This document shows positions 60,812-64,000 of a stretch of 64,000 nucleotides of DNA, in pieces. Where the stretch lies: contig NC_079238.1 of NCBI RefSeq assembly GCF_027921745.1, positions 4,402,001 to 4,466,000 of the forward strand. The letters run 5' to 3'. Within the stretch, counting starts at the first letter, position 1; each line of letters begins with the position of its first letter. Origin of the DNA: Schizosaccharomyces osmophilus (lineage: Eukaryota). The notes under the pieces are model-generated. The model saw only the letters and a list, made by a program, of their open reading frames with translations. It made no database searches and was not told the DNA's origin. The translations under genes and the position numbers were made by a program.

Positions 60812-61232
60812 TCTTTTTAATATTAAATATTACTACTTATTTTTCCTGTTTTTTTGAGATTCACAGTTGTAATTCGCATTTGAAGTTTCAATGAATGCAT
60901 CAACTTGTTAACGTCCGCTAAATCATACACAGATAGGTATCGGTATGGAGACAATGATCAGATCGTTGATCTGCAAAGGAAGTGCTTATCGAGACAAGCA
61001 CTTGTGGACTACACATCCATCGACATCCATCGAAAGGAAAGGAAGAGTAAAACCGCTAATCCCTCATCACCAATGCAATGTATGATGGCAACGAGAGGTA
61101 TGTGTAAACTCTTAAGTAAGCATGACGATTTAAGCACTTGCCAACCAAAATATTACAATTTCTATCCATTACATTTTTTTTAACATAAAAACAGCTTTGC
61201 TTTTTTCTTCATAGATGGATGATAAAAAATAT

Positions 61233-61303
61233 TGCTTCGGCCGGGAATCGAACCCGGGTCGCTTCGATGGCAACGAAGCATTATACCACTGAACCACCAA
61301 AGC
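61233..61303 (-). tRNA. tRNA-Gly(GCC), second copy
   Basis: Reverse complement of the first copy with one D-arm change (GTTC vs GTTT); T-run follows. Confidence 0.97.
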
Positions 61304-61718
61304 AGTTCACATTAACCCTAATGTAAATGGGACCTACATAAGCATGTTTGCAAATCTGGCTAAATTTTAGCATTTACCATATTTTAAAAAAATTCATTTC
61401 AATTCATACATGCTTAAACTTGTTTGCTTAATGATTTTTCTACTTGTAAAAGCAATCTATTAACCTGATATACGACTTAACTTACAGTAAAAGAACGACT
61501 ATTTTGTATCCTTCGTTCTCGACTCAATAGCCATAGTTATTGCTTATAAAGACTATTAAATCAAATTCAATCATCTTCTCTTTCATTTGCTTTATTCTTG
61601 ATAACGGACATATTACTAGCGCTCGTTGTTCTTGATTAAGAAATAGCAAGCTCACCAGGGCAGCAACGTTTGAGATTCAACCTTCACCTACATTCATATT
61701 TCATAGAATTATTACTCA

Positions 61719-63693
61719 ATGGTAAGTAACTAAATCGAAATAATTATTGTAAAAGGAAATTGAAGCTAATGAGGTAGGCTGGAGGGATCGAGAATGCCAA
61801 AAAGGCAATCAGAAGCCTAAAAAACTACGATGAACATGAAAATCGCTTTGGTACTATTTTTAGTGTTTCAGGACCAGGTACGGTATTTTAAATTTTTTTA
61901 AATGATCCTTTGCGACAGTGTATTGACTCAAATTAGTCGTCGTTGCTTCCAACATGCTTGGATGCTCCATGTACGAGCTTGTCCGCGTTGGTCATGATGA
62001 ATTGGTAGGAGAAGTTATTAGAATCCACCAAGACAAATGTACAATTCAGGTTTACGAAGAAACCTCTGGTCTTACTGTCGGTGATCCTGTCCAACGTACT
62101 GGAAAGCCTTTGTCTGTTGAATTAGGTCCAGGTCTCGCTGAAACCATTTATGATGGTATCCAGCGTCCATTGAAACAAATTCATGACAAAGCACAAAGTA
62201 TCTACATTCCGAGAGGTATCAGTACAGAGGCTTTGGACCGTACTCGTAAGTATGATTTCACACCTAACAAGAAGCTTCGTGTCGGTGATCACGTTTCTGG
62301 CGGCGATGTGTTTGGTTCCGTATTTGAAAACTCTCTTTTTAATGATCATAAAATCATGCTTCCACCTAGATCTCGTGGTACAGTAACCTTTATCGCTGAA
62401 GCAGGCTCCTATACTGTAGTCGAAAAACTTTTGGAGGTGGAATTCAATGGCAAAAAACAATCTTTTGGTATGTTACAAACCTGGCCCGTTCGTGCTCCCC
62501 GTCCCGTTGCTGATAACCTCACGGCCAACCAACCTCTGCTCACCGGTCAACGTGTTCTCGATTCCTTGTTTCCATGTGTTCAAGGTGGTACCACCGCTAT
62601 TCCTGGTGCTTTTGGCTGTGGTAAAACTGTAATTTCTCAATCCCTTTCCAAGTATTCCAACTCGGATATGATTGTTTACATTGGTTGTGGTGAACGTGGT
62701 AATGAAATGGCCGAGGTTTTGATGGACTTCCCTGCTTTGACCATCGATATCAACGGAACCCCCGAGCCCATTATGAAACGTACTTCTCTCGTTGCGAATA
62801 CTTCAAACATGCCTGTAGCTGCTCGTGAAGCTTCCATTTATACTGGTATCACCTTGGCTGAGTATTATCGTGACCAAGGTAAGAACGTTTCAATGATGGC
62901 AGATTCCACTTCTCGTTGGGCTGAAGCTCTCCGTGAAATTTCCGGTCGTCTTGCCGAAATGCCTGCTGACTCTGGTTATCCTGCTTATCTTGGTGCTAAG
63001 TTGGCTTCTTTCTATGAACGGGCTGGTCGTGTTCGTTGTTTGGGTAGTCCTGAACGTGAAGGTACTGTGTCGATCGTTGGTGCTGTTTCTCCTCCAGGTG
63101 GTGACTTCTCCGATCCAGTCACTAGTGCTACTTTGGGTATTGTACAAGTCTTCTGGGGTTTGGACAAGAAATTGGCTCAGCGTAAACACTTTCCCTCAAT
63201 TAACACTTCCCTTTCTTATTCCAAGTACGTAAATGCTTTGACTCCCTGGTATGAAGACCGAGTTTCTGGTTTCAACTCGTTACGTGATCAAATTAAACAT
63301 ATTATTCAACAAGAGGATTCGATGCTCGAAATCATCCAATTGGTTGGTAAGTCTGCGCTTTCCGAGAGCGACAAGGTTACTTTAGACATGGCTGGTATTA
63401 TCAAGAACGATTTCCTACAGCAAAACGGTTATTCCGACTATGATCGAAGCTGTCCTCTTTACAAAACTTACCATATGATGAGAAACATGATTTCTTACTA
63501 TGGGAGAGCGAAGGGTACGGTTGAACAAGGCAATGTTCCATGGTCGAAAATCCGTGAAGGCACCTCTGATATTTTCCATGAACTTTCTTCTATGAAGTTT
63601 GAAAATCCTAATGATGGTGAAAAAGAACTTGTTGAACGTTATGAGCAACTTTACAAGAAGATTGATGACAAATTTCAAGCCCTGGCAGAATAA
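61719..63693 (+). CDS. vma1: V-type ATPase catalytic subunit A (3 exons; ATG-only first exon)
   Basis: ATG|GTAAGT at 61719; [19 protein letters not shown]-loop, [21 protein letters not shown]. Confidence 0.97.
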
Positions 63694-64000
63694 TTTCTTA
63701 ATTTTTGCAATTAAGCATTAGAGTGCGATACTCAGTTAATTTACCAATTTAGTCTTCCATTATGTCTTTAATCAATCTTACAAATATCTAAAGTCTTCTT
63801 TTACTAAAGAATATGCCGACAACTCCATAGAGATTCGATGAATGAATGCAATTTAATTTATAATATAACTTAGACTAGCTTGGTACCATCTTACCAAAAA
63901 AATTGTAAACTAAACCAAAGTAATCCACGTATTAAAACTCGTAATCTTTTAGCATAACCACATATATAAATATCATAACATATAAAAGTAAGTGACTTTT

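Noticed and set aside
60079..61183. Plus-strand ORFs at 60079, 60351 and 60905
   Set aside because: Non-ATG starts, no motifs; they overlap the 5S remnant, the pseudogene antisense strand or the tRNA spacer
62670..62720. VMA1 intein / homing endonuclease
   Set aside because: The insertion site reads continuously as [15 protein letters not shown]; no intein is present

Overview
Gene-dense eukaryotic (fission yeast) chromosomal DNA, not prokaryotic: short GT..CTRAY..AG introns, and proteins and gene order matching what I recall of the S. pombe chromosome I SPAC23H4 / SPAP27G11 / SPAC343 region. The sequences are diverged enough to suggest a sister Schizosaccharomyces species (octosporus/cryophilus/osmophilus clade; inference). 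About 32 conserved genes run from tsr1 (truncated at the window edge) to vma1. The only accessory-looking segment is 57.5-61.3 kb. It holds an intact dispersed 5S rRNA gene, a 110-aa spliced orphan gene with a duplicated 16-aa Trp-Trp motif and an upstream Mei4/FLEX site, a decayed intron-containing hydrophobic pseudogene, a degenerate second 5S copy in direct orientation, and an inverted pair of tRNA-Gly(GCC) genes. This layout resembles the 5S-rDNA-flanked wtf/wag meiotic-driver loci known from this clade. Other notable observations: Meu32 looks like a MEIOB orthologue, a small orphan looks like Pex17, and a candidate spliced gene overlaps the 5' end of img1 on the opposite strand. All homology calls rest on recalled motifs and synteny; no searches were run.
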